Source of the DNA: an uncultured archaeon
GTDB lineage: Archaea; Thermoplasmatota; Thermoplasmata; Thermoplasmatales; Thermoplasmataceae
Length of the DNA stretch: 64,000 bases
Direction of reading: 5' to 3'
Assembly (NCBI GenBank): GCA_000965745.1
Contig: CP009479.1
Coordinates: forward strand, 352,001 to 416,000
In this document: positions 1 through 12,385 of the stretch, in pieces
Numbering within the stretch: the stretch's first letter is position 1
Layout: every line of letters starts with the position of its first letter
The notes under the pieces: generated by a model
Told to the model about the DNA's origin: nothing
The model's input: the letters and a program-made list of their open reading frames with translations, nothing else
Database searches by the model: none
Translations under genes and position numbers: made by a program

Positions 1-25
1 ACTCTTTAACGGGCTGAGTGAGACC

Positions 26-484
26 ATGGCACTTAGCATGGGCACCAGGGCCCCTGATTTTGAGGGAAAGACGGATGAAGGCAGCCAGATAAGGCTTTAC
101 GAGGTTCTGAACAGCGGACCGGTAGTGCTCTATTTCTATCCAAAGGACGAGACTCCCGGCTGCACAAAAGAGGCCTGCACCTTCAGGGACAATTGGGATG
201 AGATAAGGGAGCTGGGAGGCACAGTTCTTGGCGTGAGCTCGGATTCCGTCGAGTCGCACAAATCATTCAAGGAGCACAGGAAGCTTCAATTCACCCTCGT
301 ATCGGATCCGGACGGGAAGATCAGGTCGATGTATCAGGCAAAGGGGGCTCTTCTCCCCGACAGAATAACCTATGTGATAGACACCGACGGAACGATAAAG
401 CACGTGTACAAATCACAACTGAATGCATCAAGGCACGCAGACGAGGCAATAAATGCCCTTAAGGTACTGAAGCCCGAAAAGTGA
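26..484 (+). CDS. bcp: Peroxiredoxin, Bcp/PrxQ family
   Basis: YFYPKDETPGCTKEAC peroxidatic motif. Confidence 0.95.
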   Translation: MALSMGTRAPDFEGKTDEGSQIRLYEVLNSGPVVLYFYPKDETPGCTKEACTFRDNWDEIRELGGTVLGVSSDSVESHKSFKEHRKLQFTLVSDPDGKIRSMYQAKGALLPDRITYVIDTDGTIKHVYKSQLNASRHADEAINALKVLKPEK

Positions 485-522
485 ATAATTGTAAAAGCTG
501 AATAATAAAAAATGGTGTTTGT

Positions 523-954
523 TTATGGTGTTATCTTAATAGCTCTGGTAGGACAAACACTTTCACAAGCCATGCAGAAAATGCACTCGCTCTCTCTGAT
601 AGGGTCGCACTTGTCAGTTCTGTATTTGTCATAGAGTTCTTTATCGCTGGAAATGTCCTTGTCGTTTCCGGTGCCCATCTCGCCTGAGTTGAGCTCCCAT
701 TCGAAGAGACTGACCGGGCAGACATCCATGCATGCTCCGTCAGCTATGCATGCTTCCCAATCTACAGCAACGTGACTTCCATGTATACCGAACTTTGTGG
801 GGTTAGGGTTTCCCTCTGCATCGGTTCTCTGAACTCCCTCTGCCCTGACCTCGTGCTCGTGATGGTTTCCTGTTACCGGATAGTTGTCCTGATCATCAAG
901 GAAATTCTCATCTATGGGTTTGGGCTTATAGTCCAAGGACTCTAATTTGACCAA
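523..954 (-). CDS. zfx: Zinc-containing ferredoxin (Thermoplasma type)
   Basis: His-containing N-terminal extension; CIADGACMDVCP and CIFCMACESVCP Fe-S motifs. Confidence 0.93.
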   Translation of the reverse strand: MVKLESLDYKPKPIDENFLDDQDNYPVTGNHHEHEVRAEGVQRTDAEGNPNPTKFGIHGSHVAVDWEACIADGACMDVCPVSLFEWELNSGEMGTGNDKDISSDKELYDKYRTDKCDPIRESECIFCMACESVCPTRAIKITP

Positions 955-1207
955 ATAATCACCATTACCTTATCGTCAGGAAGTTATTTAAATTCTACGT
1001 TGTGGAATCCGTGAAAATAAGTCTATTACACAGTGCAAGCGCAAAAACACGTTACAGTATAGCCAGAGAGACTTGCCCGGAATTCGGATTGCCCTGTGTC
1101 CTGGAAATCTGCTCCCTTAAGGGTTTAAGCGAATTTTTGCCGAATCCTGGCGGACCGGTCCCGGCATTCTCTGATAAAATTTTATTTGATGGTTTGATAC
1201 GGATAGT

Positions 1208-2224
1208 ATGCCGAGTGCCAATCAGAGATCAGTAGATCGAAAAGCGCAGGGGGAATTCATAAGCACATTCATAAGGCAGCTGAAATTTAAGAGGGAGGAC
1301 TTCAGAACCATAGGCAGTTTTGGAGGGTTTACGTCTCTTGTTGACCTTGGTAATTTTGCTGTATCAATAAACACCGACGGTGTGGGGACCAAGACCATGA
1401 TAGCTGAAGAAGCCAACAGGTGGGACACCGTGGGAATAGACTGCATTGCCATGAACGTGAATGATGCCATTACAGCCGGATCTGAGCCAATAGCCATGGT
1501 TGATTACCTGTCCACAAAGGAGCCGAACCAGGAGGTGGCAAGGCAGCTTGGAACAGGTTTCAATGTCGGGGCACAGATGTCCAACCTGACAATTGTTGGC
1601 GGCGAGACTGCAATAGTTCCCGATCTGGTGAAATACCTCGATGTTTCCGGAACTGTATTCGGGATAGTGCAGAAGAGCCAGATAGTCAATGGGGAGGGCA
1701 TAAGTGACGGTGACCTGATATTCGGGCTCCAGAGCAGCGGTTTGCATTCAAACGGCTTTACCACTGTGAGGGACATTCTCAAGAAGAACGAAATTGACAT
1801 ATTTGACACCTTCCCGGGCGACAACAAGAAGGGTGTGGACGTTCTTCTCGAACCGACCCGGATCTATGTCAGGGAGATACTTGACGTAATGAATATAGTC
1901 AGGATCAAAGGGATGGCCAACATAACGGGAGGCGGCATAAGGAACCTTTCAAGGATGAAGGACATGCTTTATGTCCTTGATGACCCGATTGAGCCCCAGA
2001 ACGTTTTCAGCAAGCTCATGGAGATGGGCGATCTCACTTACGGGCAGATGTTTGAGATTTTCAACATGGGAACAGGATTCACCGTTGTAGTGGACCAGGA
2101 CAGCAGGCTTGATTTCATAAACACACTGAGAAACAGGGTACCGTTCAAGGAGATAGGCCACGTTGAGAACGGCACCGGAATTCAGATACCGAAGTATTCA
2201 GTGGAGTTTTCTGGATACTACTGA
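1208..2224 (+). CDS. purM: Phosphoribosylformylglycinamidine cyclo-ligase (AIR synthetase)
   Basis: TDGVGTK, DCIAMNVND, GGETA, SSGLHSNG, FNMGTG motifs. Confidence 0.95.
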   Translation: MPSANQRSVDRKAQGEFISTFIRQLKFKREDFRTIGSFGGFTSLVDLGNFAVSINTDGVGTKTMIAEEANRWDTVGIDCIAMNVNDAITAGSEPIAMVDYLSTKEPNQEVARQLGTGFNVGAQMSNLTIVGGETAIVPDLVKYLDVSGTVFGIVQKSQIVNGEGISDGDLIFGLQSSGLHSNGFTTVRDILKKNEIDIFDTFPGDNKKGVDVLLEPTRIYVREILDVMNIVRIKGMANITGGGIRNLSRMKDMLYVLDDPIEPQNVFSKLMEMGDLTYGQMFEIFNMGTGFTVVVDQDSRLDFINTLRNRVPFKEIGHVENGTGIQIPKYSVEFSGYY

Positions 2225-2288
2225 ATTCAATTTTTTGTCATTGTTTATAAAACGAACAGCTTAAATGTTAGAATGATCTGTAGAAATC

Positions 2289-2639
2289 ATGAAAGTCATA
2301 GCTGTTGTAGATGAAGAAAACTACATAACTCCTCTGGAGTACGGAAACTCAATCATGGAAATTGATTCTGAGAGCAAAGAGATCAGGGAATATGAGAATC
2401 CTGGATTCGGCGCTCCCTTCGGAGGCAAGGAAAGAGCAATGCAGGGGATCCTTGGCCTTAATGCGGATGCGATGATTGTCAAGGAAGGTGTTCTCTGCCC
2501 TGGATCATACCATATGTCACTTGGCAAGATGAAGTACATCCCCGTCGAGGAGGAGAAACTCGACGATGTATTGAAAAACCTGAACGAACTCGAAGGCAAA
2601 ACGCAGCCTGAGCTCGATATAACAATGTGGAGAGAGTAA
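2289..2639 (+). CDS. Hypothetical protein, possibly NifB/NifX-like small alpha/beta fold
   Basis: 116 aa ORF; weak resemblance (YENP...CPGSY). Confidence 0.5.
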   Translation: MKVIAVVDEENYITPLEYGNSIMEIDSESKEIREYENPGFGAPFGGKERAMQGILGLNADAMIVKEGVLCPGSYHMSLGKMKYIPVEEEKLDDVLKNLNELEGKTQPELDITMWRE

Positions 2640-2640
2640 T

Positions 2641-3216
2641 TCAACTTCTCCCTTTATTTTCCCCTTTTTTCATAGCGCCTGCGATCATGTGTGCGAGCCT
2701 CACCGGTTCCGGTATGTTGCCCCTTATTATCGTCCTGTTGACAAGTTCTGTTGCTTCACCCTCTGAGATTCCGGCCAGATTGGCATAGACTGATTTCTTT
2801 GACTTGAGTTCAATAGGTACAGTTTCTGTTTTTTCAAGTATGTGGATCCTGGCCTCATAATCCGAAAAGTGTTTTTTCAGTGCGGCCTTCATTTCTTCCA
2901 GGCTGGGTTCCTTCCTTGTGACCGAAACCACGGGCCTTCCTGTCCTGGCATAGACCTCCGTTATATCACAGATATTGAAGCCGGCAAAAGTTATCCCATT
3001 CAGCATAATGTAATCTATCTGGCTGGAAAAGTGGGTTTCAAACATGGACAGTATCTGTTCAGTGGAGTCAAGGCCATCGATTGATACCCTGCGGGTGGCC
3101 ACCCCCTCGACATAACCATCCAGCCTTGCCATGACCCCGGCAAGATAGGTGTGCGTATCTACATCCCTGTCAAACGGGCCGTCATCCACTCCCAGAACGC
3201 GCTTAAACTCTTTCAT
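2641..3216 (-). CDS. DUF99/UPF0215 family protein (endonuclease V-like fold)
   Basis: GVDDGPF, DGLDST, GITFAGFN, PEPVRLAH motifs. Confidence 0.88.
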   Translation of the reverse strand: MKEFKRVLGVDDGPFDRDVDTHTYLAGVMARLDGYVEGVATRRVSIDGLDSTEQILSMFETHFSSQIDYIMLNGITFAGFNICDITEVYARTGRPVVSVTRKEPSLEEMKAALKKHFSDYEARIHILEKTETVPIELKSKKSVYANLAGISEGEATELVNRTIIRGNIPEPVRLAHMIAGAMKKGENKGRS

Positions 3217-3485
3217 GGATAGGTCATGATCCCGTTAATGTGGTATAACTTTGACTTTTTTGCGCACTTATGAAAAATTCCGGCCTTTTGGAAATCATGA
3301 TCGTCTTATTCGCAGGAACCTTCCAAAAGTCTATTATACCCTCTATGTTCGTTACCAAAACGCTTATATCAGCGCAAGATATACCAAGTTTACACGCGCC
3401 AGATGCACCTTCTAAAGACGCTTTAGAAGGGAAGGGTAAGAGGTTTAACGACCAATGACGCCAGCCTAATTAAAGTCACAACAAA

Positions 3486-6407
<2,922 letters not shown>

Positions 6408-6459
6408 GTTAAAGGATCATAAATAGGCTGGCGTTTTAAATCTTACCAAGCGTCGTGTA

Positions 6460-6481
6460 TTTTTATTTTTTTATTATTTTT
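6460..6481 (+). terminator. T-rich archaeal terminator-like tract after the 23S processing stem
   Basis: Long T runs following the 3' half of the processing stem. Confidence 0.5.
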
Positions 6482-6640
6482 ACTGCATGTGCTGTACTCG
6501 AGTCAAAAAACAGATATTGGAATGTTATATGTGTGCTGCTTCACATCCGGGAATGAAAATTTCAGTGTAGTGCAAATTTATTTGCTTTTTATATTAATGT
6601 GCTGGTGTAACCGCAACGATCGGGCGAACCTGCAAAAGGA

Positions 6641-6843
6641 AATGTTCTTAAAATCCCGTATTCATCGCGCTTTTTTCTGGCTCAGTCCTGTCAGCGACAG
6701 GAGCTTCAGCGGCTGGAATAGCCATATTATGGCTGGCTTATTCCTCCCCAGGATCTGCAATAGATATTGTATATGCAGGAATAGCTCTGATCGTCCCGAC
6801 GATCATATTCGGCCTCTTATCCGGAGGGCTGAACAAAGATTGA
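6641..6843 (+). pseudogene. 5' fragment of an MFS transporter (frameshifted, truncated)
   Basis: Manual translation NVLK/NPVFIALFSGSVLSATGASAAGIAILWLAYSSPGSAIDIVYAGIALIVPTIIFGLLSGGLNKD* resembles MFS TM1-TM2; frameshift near 6651, stop at 6841-6843. Confidence 0.6.
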
Positions 6844-6869
6844 TCGGCCATCATTCAACAAAATTGAGC

Positions 6870-7129
6870 TGGAAACCCACTTCCGAAAGGGAGGGGATGA
6901 AAGCGAAATCTTTCCCTATTTTCCAGAAATAATACATTGCTCACCAGCAGACAGAATTGAAGAAGGGTCGGATAACGTGTAGCTCCATGCGTTCCTGTGT
7001 CCGTAAAGTCAGGTGGCTGAGCATGGAGGACATAGTACCTTCGGGCCGAGGGGAATTCAAGCCTGTGGAGATTCCGCTGGTAACCGTGGAAGCAGGAAGC
7101 CCCTTTCGAAGGATAGGGGAGCAGGTCAC
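6870..7129 (+). mobile_element. Non-autonomous IS200/IS605-family remnant (left-end hairpin, tnpB 3' tail, right-end hairpin ending TCAC)
   Basis: Two related subterminal hairpins (GGAAACCCACTTCCGAAAGGGAGGGGAT; GGAAGCCCCTTTCGAAGGATAGGGGAG...GTCAC); peptide VPSGRGEFKPVEIPL..VEAGSP resembles archaeal TnpB C-termini. Confidence 0.62.
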
Positions 7130-7177
7130 TCGACAAGAAATCCTAATTGCTTATATTAGAGACCTGTCTGTTTAAAT

Positions 7178-7585
7178 GTGAATCCTGTTGGAAAACCGCG
7201 CGGTAGAGGCTTTTTAGCAGTCACAGCCATTTGGCGCGCCTTGTCGCTGGCCTCAGTTATCATGACAATAGTGGGTCTAGCTTACGCAACATGGTTCAAC
7301 CAGGTAATGGCTGGAGCCAATCCCGTTAATTTCATTCTGAGGTATGATCTTATTGTAGCTTGTCTGCTTTTGTTACCGCCTGTGATGTTACTGCTGAAGG
7401 TGAGTGTTGGCCTCTGTTCAATACCAGTTATGTTAGTTGCCATTGCCTTAACCTGGACTTCATTTGTTGCTGGAACTCAACTCCTTGTTATTGCATCAGT
7501 CTTCAACTTCATCCTGTTGAAGCCCATAGTAGACCTGCGCGACCAACGCCTTGTACAGAAAAAGATTCGAGAAATGCGTCAATGA
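7178..7585 (+). CDS. Hypothetical membrane protein
   Basis: About 4 hydrophobic segments. Confidence 0.6.
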   Translation: MNPVGKPRGRGFLAVTAIWRALSLASVIMTIVGLAYATWFNQVMAGANPVNFILRYDLIVACLLLLPPVMLLLKVSVGLCSIPVMLVAIALTWTSFVAGTQLLVIASVFNFILLKPIVDLRDQRLVQKKIREMRQ

Positions 7586-7670
7586 GGGATCTCCATTATT
7601 CTCCCTCAATTTTGGTCCTTTTCCATTTAATGCCTCTTCAGCCAATATTAATATATTCCACGAAGTTGAG

Positions 7671-8171
7671 ATGATCGTGGAAGGTGGACAAACCATTAAT
7701 TGCCCCAACTGCGAGGCCCCGGTGCCCGAAGACGCAGCTTACTGTCCCTCATGTGGCGCACCTCTTGCTGTTCTCACAGAGAGAGTTTCCCTTCCTGCAG
7801 GCGTGCTTCTTATTGCTTTCTTCCAGATAATCGGGTCTTTCCTCTTCCTTCTGTCAAGTTATTCAGCAGGTTCAATAATCTTTATGCTGCTCGATTTCCT
7901 TCTAATCCTCCTGGGTTTCGCCTTCTTCATGGGATACGCCGTGGCGAGATGGGTGATGGTTTTTGTATTCCCTGTGGTCATCTTTTCGCTGGTAATCTAT
8001 GCAGTGAACTTTCTTTCCCTCTACAGATCCCCTCCTGTTTCTGGTGCTGACATTGCAGCACTTGTTATCTCAGCCATATCGTTTATCTACCTTCTGACAC
8101 CTGGTGTCGGGATGTATTTCGAGCTGGCTGCAAAAAGAAGGGTAGACAGGATGGAAAACACAATGGGTTAG
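7671..8171 (+). CDS. Zinc-ribbon domain membrane protein
   Basis: CPNC..CPSCG followed by ~4 TM segments; ATG at 7671 preferred over the ORF-track start at 7551. Confidence 0.7.
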   Translation: MIVEGGQTINCPNCEAPVPEDAAYCPSCGAPLAVLTERVSLPAGVLLIAFFQIIGSFLFLLSSYSAGSIIFMLLDFLLILLGFAFFMGYAVARWVMVFVFPVVIFSLVIYAVNFLSLYRSPPVSGADIAALVISAISFIYLLTPGVGMYFELAAKRRVDRMENTMG

Positions 8172-8183
8172 TGTTCCCTGATA

Positions 8184-8636
8184 TCAAGCCTGACCGTTTT
8201 CTGACGATTTTGGCCCATTGTCATTGGAACTTATCGAGCTATTCATGGCTTTCATCAACTCGCTTGCATTTTCACCAACTGCAGTAAGATTAACGGTGTA
8301 CGTTCCCCGGCCATTCCGGACGATATCCAGGTAGATCCTGTTCCAGGGGGAAGAGAAGTAGGCGATCAAGATCATGATTGCAAAAACGATGTCGAGAATG
8401 AATGCAACGACAAACCAGGGAGAGTTCATGTCTGAAAATGTGTAAAGAAGAGAGCCAAACTGCCCCAGAATAAGTATGGCGAAAAGAATTCCATTCAGGT
8501 TCCTCAGGCCGGTCGCCTCAATGTGTGAATCTTTGATCCTGTGAACGATCCTGTACTTTTTTCCGAGAACAAGTTCCTCGGCTTTCAGGAAAGCCCTGGA
8601 CGGTTCCGATCCGATCTCAAAATCAGCCGAAGGCAC
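8184..8636 (-). CDS. Hypothetical membrane protein
   Basis: Two central TM segments. Confidence 0.6.
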   Translation of the reverse strand: MPSADFEIGSEPSRAFLKAEELVLGKKYRIVHRIKDSHIEATGLRNLNGILFAILILGQFGSLLYTFSDMNSPWFVVAFILDIVFAIMILIAYFSSPWNRIYLDIVRNGRGTYTVNLTAVGENASELMKAMNSSISSNDNGPKSSENGQA

Positions 8637-8690
8637 ACAAAAGTACTCATATTTTCATATATAATAATTTGCCGGATAAAAATAAGGGGA

Positions 8691-9566
8691 TCAGGAAGCC
8701 TCCTTTGACTTCCTTTTGTTGAGGCTCTCGTTCAGTTCGGACGTTATTCCGTCGAAGATCTGCTTAAGAGTGTCGTTGATCTCCACTGCAGGGATTCCCT
8801 CGTCGGCTTTCTCGACAACCTCCGTCACGAGCGGGATCCTTCCAAGAAATGTGACGTTGTTCTCCTTTGCGGACTTCTCCCCGCCGCCTCTCTTGAATAT
8901 GTCAATGGTCTCGCCGCAGTGTGGGCAAACAAATCCGCTCATGTTCTCAACTATCCCAAGAACAGGCAGCTTCAGCTGGGACGCGAAGTTCATCGCCTTC
9001 TTAGCATCGAGAAGTGCAACGTCCTGGGGCGTAACTACAACTACAATTCCATCCGCGTCCGGAACAAGCTGGGACACGGTAAGGGCCTCATCGCCGGTTC
9101 CAGGTGGCATATCCAGGATGACATAATCCATGTCTTCCCATACTACATCCTCGAGGAACTGCTGGACGGCCTTGTGCCTGAGCGCCCCTCTCCATATGAC
9201 TGCCGTCTCTTCCGAAGGCAGGAGGAAAGCCATCGAGATGACCTTCACGCCATATTTTGTCTCGAGGGGGAGTATCTCCCCCTTCTCGGTGGCGTAGACT
9301 TTCTCCTTGTCCACGCCGAGCATTTTGGGGTCATCAGGCCCGTTGATATCGGCGTCGAGAAGGCCAACCTTGAAACCCTGCTTCGCAAGCGTAACCGCAA
9401 GATTGACTGCAATCGTTGATTTTCCGACTCCGCCTTTTCCGCTCATCACCATGATGGTGTGCTTGACTCCCCTGTACTTCTCCGATTTTCCCGGAGGCTG
9501 AACCATGGGAGTCGGGGGCGGTTTATTCATTTTGATTGTACCTGTAGGCATGGTTGAAAATAACAA
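8691..9566 (-). CDS. mrp: Mrp/NBP35 Fe-S cluster carrier ATPase
   Basis: SGKGGVGKST, DMPPGTGD, ENMSGFVCPHC. Confidence 0.95.
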   Translation of the reverse strand: MLFSTMPTGTIKMNKPPPTPMVQPPGKSEKYRGVKHTIMVMSGKGGVGKSTIAVNLAVTLAKQGFKVGLLDADINGPDDPKMLGVDKEKVYATEKGEILPLETKYGVKVISMAFLLPSEETAVIWRGALRHKAVQQFLEDVVWEDMDYVILDMPPGTGDEALTVSQLVPDADGIVVVVTPQDVALLDAKKAMNFASQLKLPVLGIVENMSGFVCPHCGETIDIFKRGGGEKSAKENNVTFLGRIPLVTEVVEKADEGIPAVEINDTLKQIFDGITSELNESLNKRKSKEAS

Positions 9567-9651
9567 CTTACTATTTTATCTTAAGCGATTGATTTCCGCG
9601 ATTCTGCGGATTCTTCAACGCCTGTGCAGGCCTCCTGCACAAATTTAAAAC

Positions 9652-10116
9652 GTGAGCGGCGATTCTGCATCCAACATGTTCAAGAACGGCTGTGTTTTCT
9701 GCGACGATGTTGTGAGGCATCACAGGGCTTCCATCGTGTACGAGGACGATTACACCATGGCATTCATGGACATAGCCCCTGTCGAGAGCGGGCATGTGCT
9801 TGTGATTCCCAAAGACCATTTTGTGAACATTTTCGATATCGATTCCTCAAGGTTCGCAAAGGTCCACGAGCTCTCAAGGGTCCTTTCAAAGGCCGTCATG
9901 AAGGCAGTCGGTGCGGACGCCATAAACATCGGCCAGAACAATGGCCCCTGCGCAAACCAGAGAGTGATGCATTACCATCTCCACATCATACCGAGATGGT
10001 GCGACAGGCACCTGAACTGGGAAAGGGGAGAGGCCGACGGGGATGAACTCGATTCGGTCGCCGGAATGATAAGGGACGTATTTCAGGAATTTGAGGAAGA
10101 ACTGAATTTTCAGTGA
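9652..10116 (+). CDS. HIT family hydrolase
   Basis: CVFC, GHVLVIPK, HYHLHIIPR. Confidence 0.93.
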   Translation: MSGDSASNMFKNGCVFCDDVVRHHRASIVYEDDYTMAFMDIAPVESGHVLVIPKDHFVNIFDIDSSRFAKVHELSRVLSKAVMKAVGADAINIGQNNGPCANQRVMHYHLHIIPRWCDRHLNWERGEADGDELDSVAGMIRDVFQEFEEELNFQ

Positions 10117-10176
10117 TAAGTTAGCCAAAATTCTAATATTTAAAGAAGATAGGCTCAATGATCATAATCCATCGAA

Positions 10177-10791
10177 GTGAACAGAGTGATTAAAATGAAG
10201 AGCGTGGAAGACCTCTACAAGAGGGCCCTGGAGCTTAAGAACAAGGGCATGTCGGATAAGGAGATATCAACGGAGCTTCACCTTTCCGTTAACACCGTTA
10301 CATGGCTCCTCAGTAAGGATTTCCTCAAGGAATCCTCCGTGCAGGATGTCAAGATCGGGTGGAGAAGTGCCGGCGTATTCGGCAACAGGATATACAACCT
10401 TTCAGAAGTTATAGCTGACATCATACAGGAAGAATCAATAATAGGCGACTATGAAGTCGACTCGATCCTCGGCGTTTCGATAAACGGCATTCCCTTCGCA
10501 ACAATGGTATCATTCATAATGGAGAGGGAAATCACCGTGTACAGGCCCCACCCCTCAAGGGAAGAGGGCTTTTTCAGCAGCAATTTTGCCGGAGTAAAGG
10601 GGAAGAACGTGGTCGTGCTGGACGATGTTGCCAGCACAGGCGAGACCCTCAAGAGGGCGATATTGGATGTCCAGAAAGCCGGAGGAAAAGTTGTCCTTGC
10701 CGTCGTCCTTGCATCCAAGATGGCAGGCGAGGAAATAAGCGGCGTCAGGGTAAGATCAATATTGAGGACAAGGCTGGTCGGAACTCAGTAG
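10177..10791 (+). CDS. PyrE-like protein (N-terminal HTH + PRTase domain; GfcR-like regulator)
   Basis: [19 protein letters not shown]; [17 protein letters not shown] motif. Confidence 0.88.
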   Translation: MNRVIKMKSVEDLYKRALELKNKGMSDKEISTELHLSVNTVTWLLSKDFLKESSVQDVKIGWRSAGVFGNRIYNLSEVIADIIQEESIIGDYEVDSILGVSINGIPFATMVSFIMEREITVYRPHPSREEGFFSSNFAGVKGKNVVVLDDVASTGETLKRAILDVQKAGGKVVLAVVLASKMAGEEISGVRVRSILRTRLVGTQ

Positions 10792-10800
10792 GTTTTTGAA

Positions 10801-12315
10801 ATGCACTGGGCAGACGCGTTCGTCAGGAATCTTAGCGGAGATCAGATCTTCTCCACCGGAATATCGCCTTCGGGCCCCATTCACGTGGGCAACATGAGGG
10901 AAATACTCACTGGAGACATACTTTACAAGGCTGCAGTTGACAGGGGACTCATGAGCAGGTTCATGTACCTCTGCGACGACCTCGATCCACTCAGGAAGGT
11001 ATACCCGTTCCTCCCCGATACCTATGAGGAACATGTGGGAAAGCCGCTGAGCAGGATACCTGCTCCACAGGGGGAAGGAACGTACTCCGAGTATTTTCTC
11101 AGGCCTTTCCTCGAGACCCTTGATGTGATAAACGTCAGCGTGGAGGTCGTCAGGACAACTGACCTGTACGACCGGGGAGTTTTCGCGGAAGCCATTGACG
11201 TGGTCATGAGGAGGAAGAATGATGTGGCGCGCATTCTGGAAGAGATATCAGGCAGGGCAGTAGGAAAGGACTGGTACCCATACAACCCGTTGTGCAGCAA
11301 TTGCGGGAGAATAACAAAGGCGAAGGTTGAGTGGTACAGGTTCCCTGAAGTCGGCTACAGGTGCCAGTGCGGCCATGAAGGCGTCTCAGATATAAGGAAG
11401 GCAGAGGGGAAGATGCCCTGGAGAGTGGAATGGCCTGCCAAGTGGTATGCACTCGGAGTCACGGTGGAGCCTTTTGGCAAGGACCACGGCGTCAAGGGAG
11501 GGTCATACGACACAGGCAAGGGCATTATGGAAGAAATATTTGGGGCAAAGGCCCCCGAACCACTCATCTACGAGCACATCTTCCTCAAGGGAAAGGGTGC
11601 AATGCATTCATCGACCGGAGTGGTGATAGATGCCGCAGACATGGTGAAATTTGCCCCACCGCAGATACTCAGGTTCCTGGTGGCAAGGTCACAGCCTTCC
11701 AGGCACATAATGTTTGATCCAGGGGCGGGCCTTCTCAACCTCATAGACGAGTATGAAAAATACGAGAACCTGTATGCCTCAGGAGGAGAGCTGGACGAGG
11801 ATGCGAGAAGGGCGTACGAGCTTTCGAGGCTTGAGCAGAGCACGGAGAAACTGAGCAGCATAGGTTTCAGGCACCTTGTAACTCTTGTACAGATATACCC
11901 GCGTGAAGGGGATCTCCTCGAGGCCCTCCGCAGAACAGGGGAGGGTCTGGATGAAATAACCCCTGTCGTCCGCTCAAACATCGATGCAATAAGGAGATGG
12001 CTGGACAGGTACGCACCAGACAACGTGAAATTCAGCCTGCTTGAACCACATGAGAAAGTGGTCATCAATGATCAGGAAAGAAAGCTGATCGCCGGATTCC
12101 TTGAATCCGCAGGCAGCATCCAGTGGACGCCTGAGGCAATACACGACATGATACACGAGCTTATCAGGAACTCAGGAATGCAGCCAAAGTCCGGTTTCGC
12201 CGCTTTCTACAGGGTGCTTGTCGGAAAGGAGAGGGGGCCGAGGCTTGGGTACTTCCTTTCAACCCTTGGCAGGGAATTCACAATGAACAGGCTCTCTTCT
12301 GCAATCAACATGTAA
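10801..12315 (+). CDS. lysS: Lysine--tRNA ligase, class I
   Basis: MHWAD, GISPSGPIHVGN, EPFGKDH, MHSSTG, GPRLG. Confidence 0.96.
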   Translation: MHWADAFVRNLSGDQIFSTGISPSGPIHVGNMREILTGDILYKAAVDRGLMSRFMYLCDDLDPLRKVYPFLPDTYEEHVGKPLSRIPAPQGEGTYSEYFLRPFLETLDVINVSVEVVRTTDLYDRGVFAEAIDVVMRRKNDVARILEEISGRAVGKDWYPYNPLCSNCGRITKAKVEWYRFPEVGYRCQCGHEGVSDIRKAEGKMPWRVEWPAKWYALGVTVEPFGKDHGVKGGSYDTGKGIMEEIFGAKAPEPLIYEHIFLKGKGAMHSSTGVVIDAADMVKFAPPQILRFLVARSQPSRHIMFDPGAGLLNLIDEYEKYENLYASGGELDEDARRAYELSRLEQSTEKLSSIGFRHLVTLVQIYPREGDLLEALRRTGEGLDEITPVVRSNIDAIRRWLDRYAPDNVKFSLLEPHEKVVINDQERKLIAGFLESAGSIQWTPEAIHDMIHELIRNSGMQPKSGFAAFYRVLVGKERGPRLGYFLSTLGREFTMNRLSSAINM

Positions 12316-12385
12316 AAGGTATATAATTGTGCCCCATTCCAGACTGTAATACAAGCCAATAACTGTCACGGAGGGAATATAAGAC

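Noticed and set aside
6489-7175. ORF-track proteins after the 23S gene
   Set aside because: Better explained by an MFS fragment in another frame plus an IS remnant.
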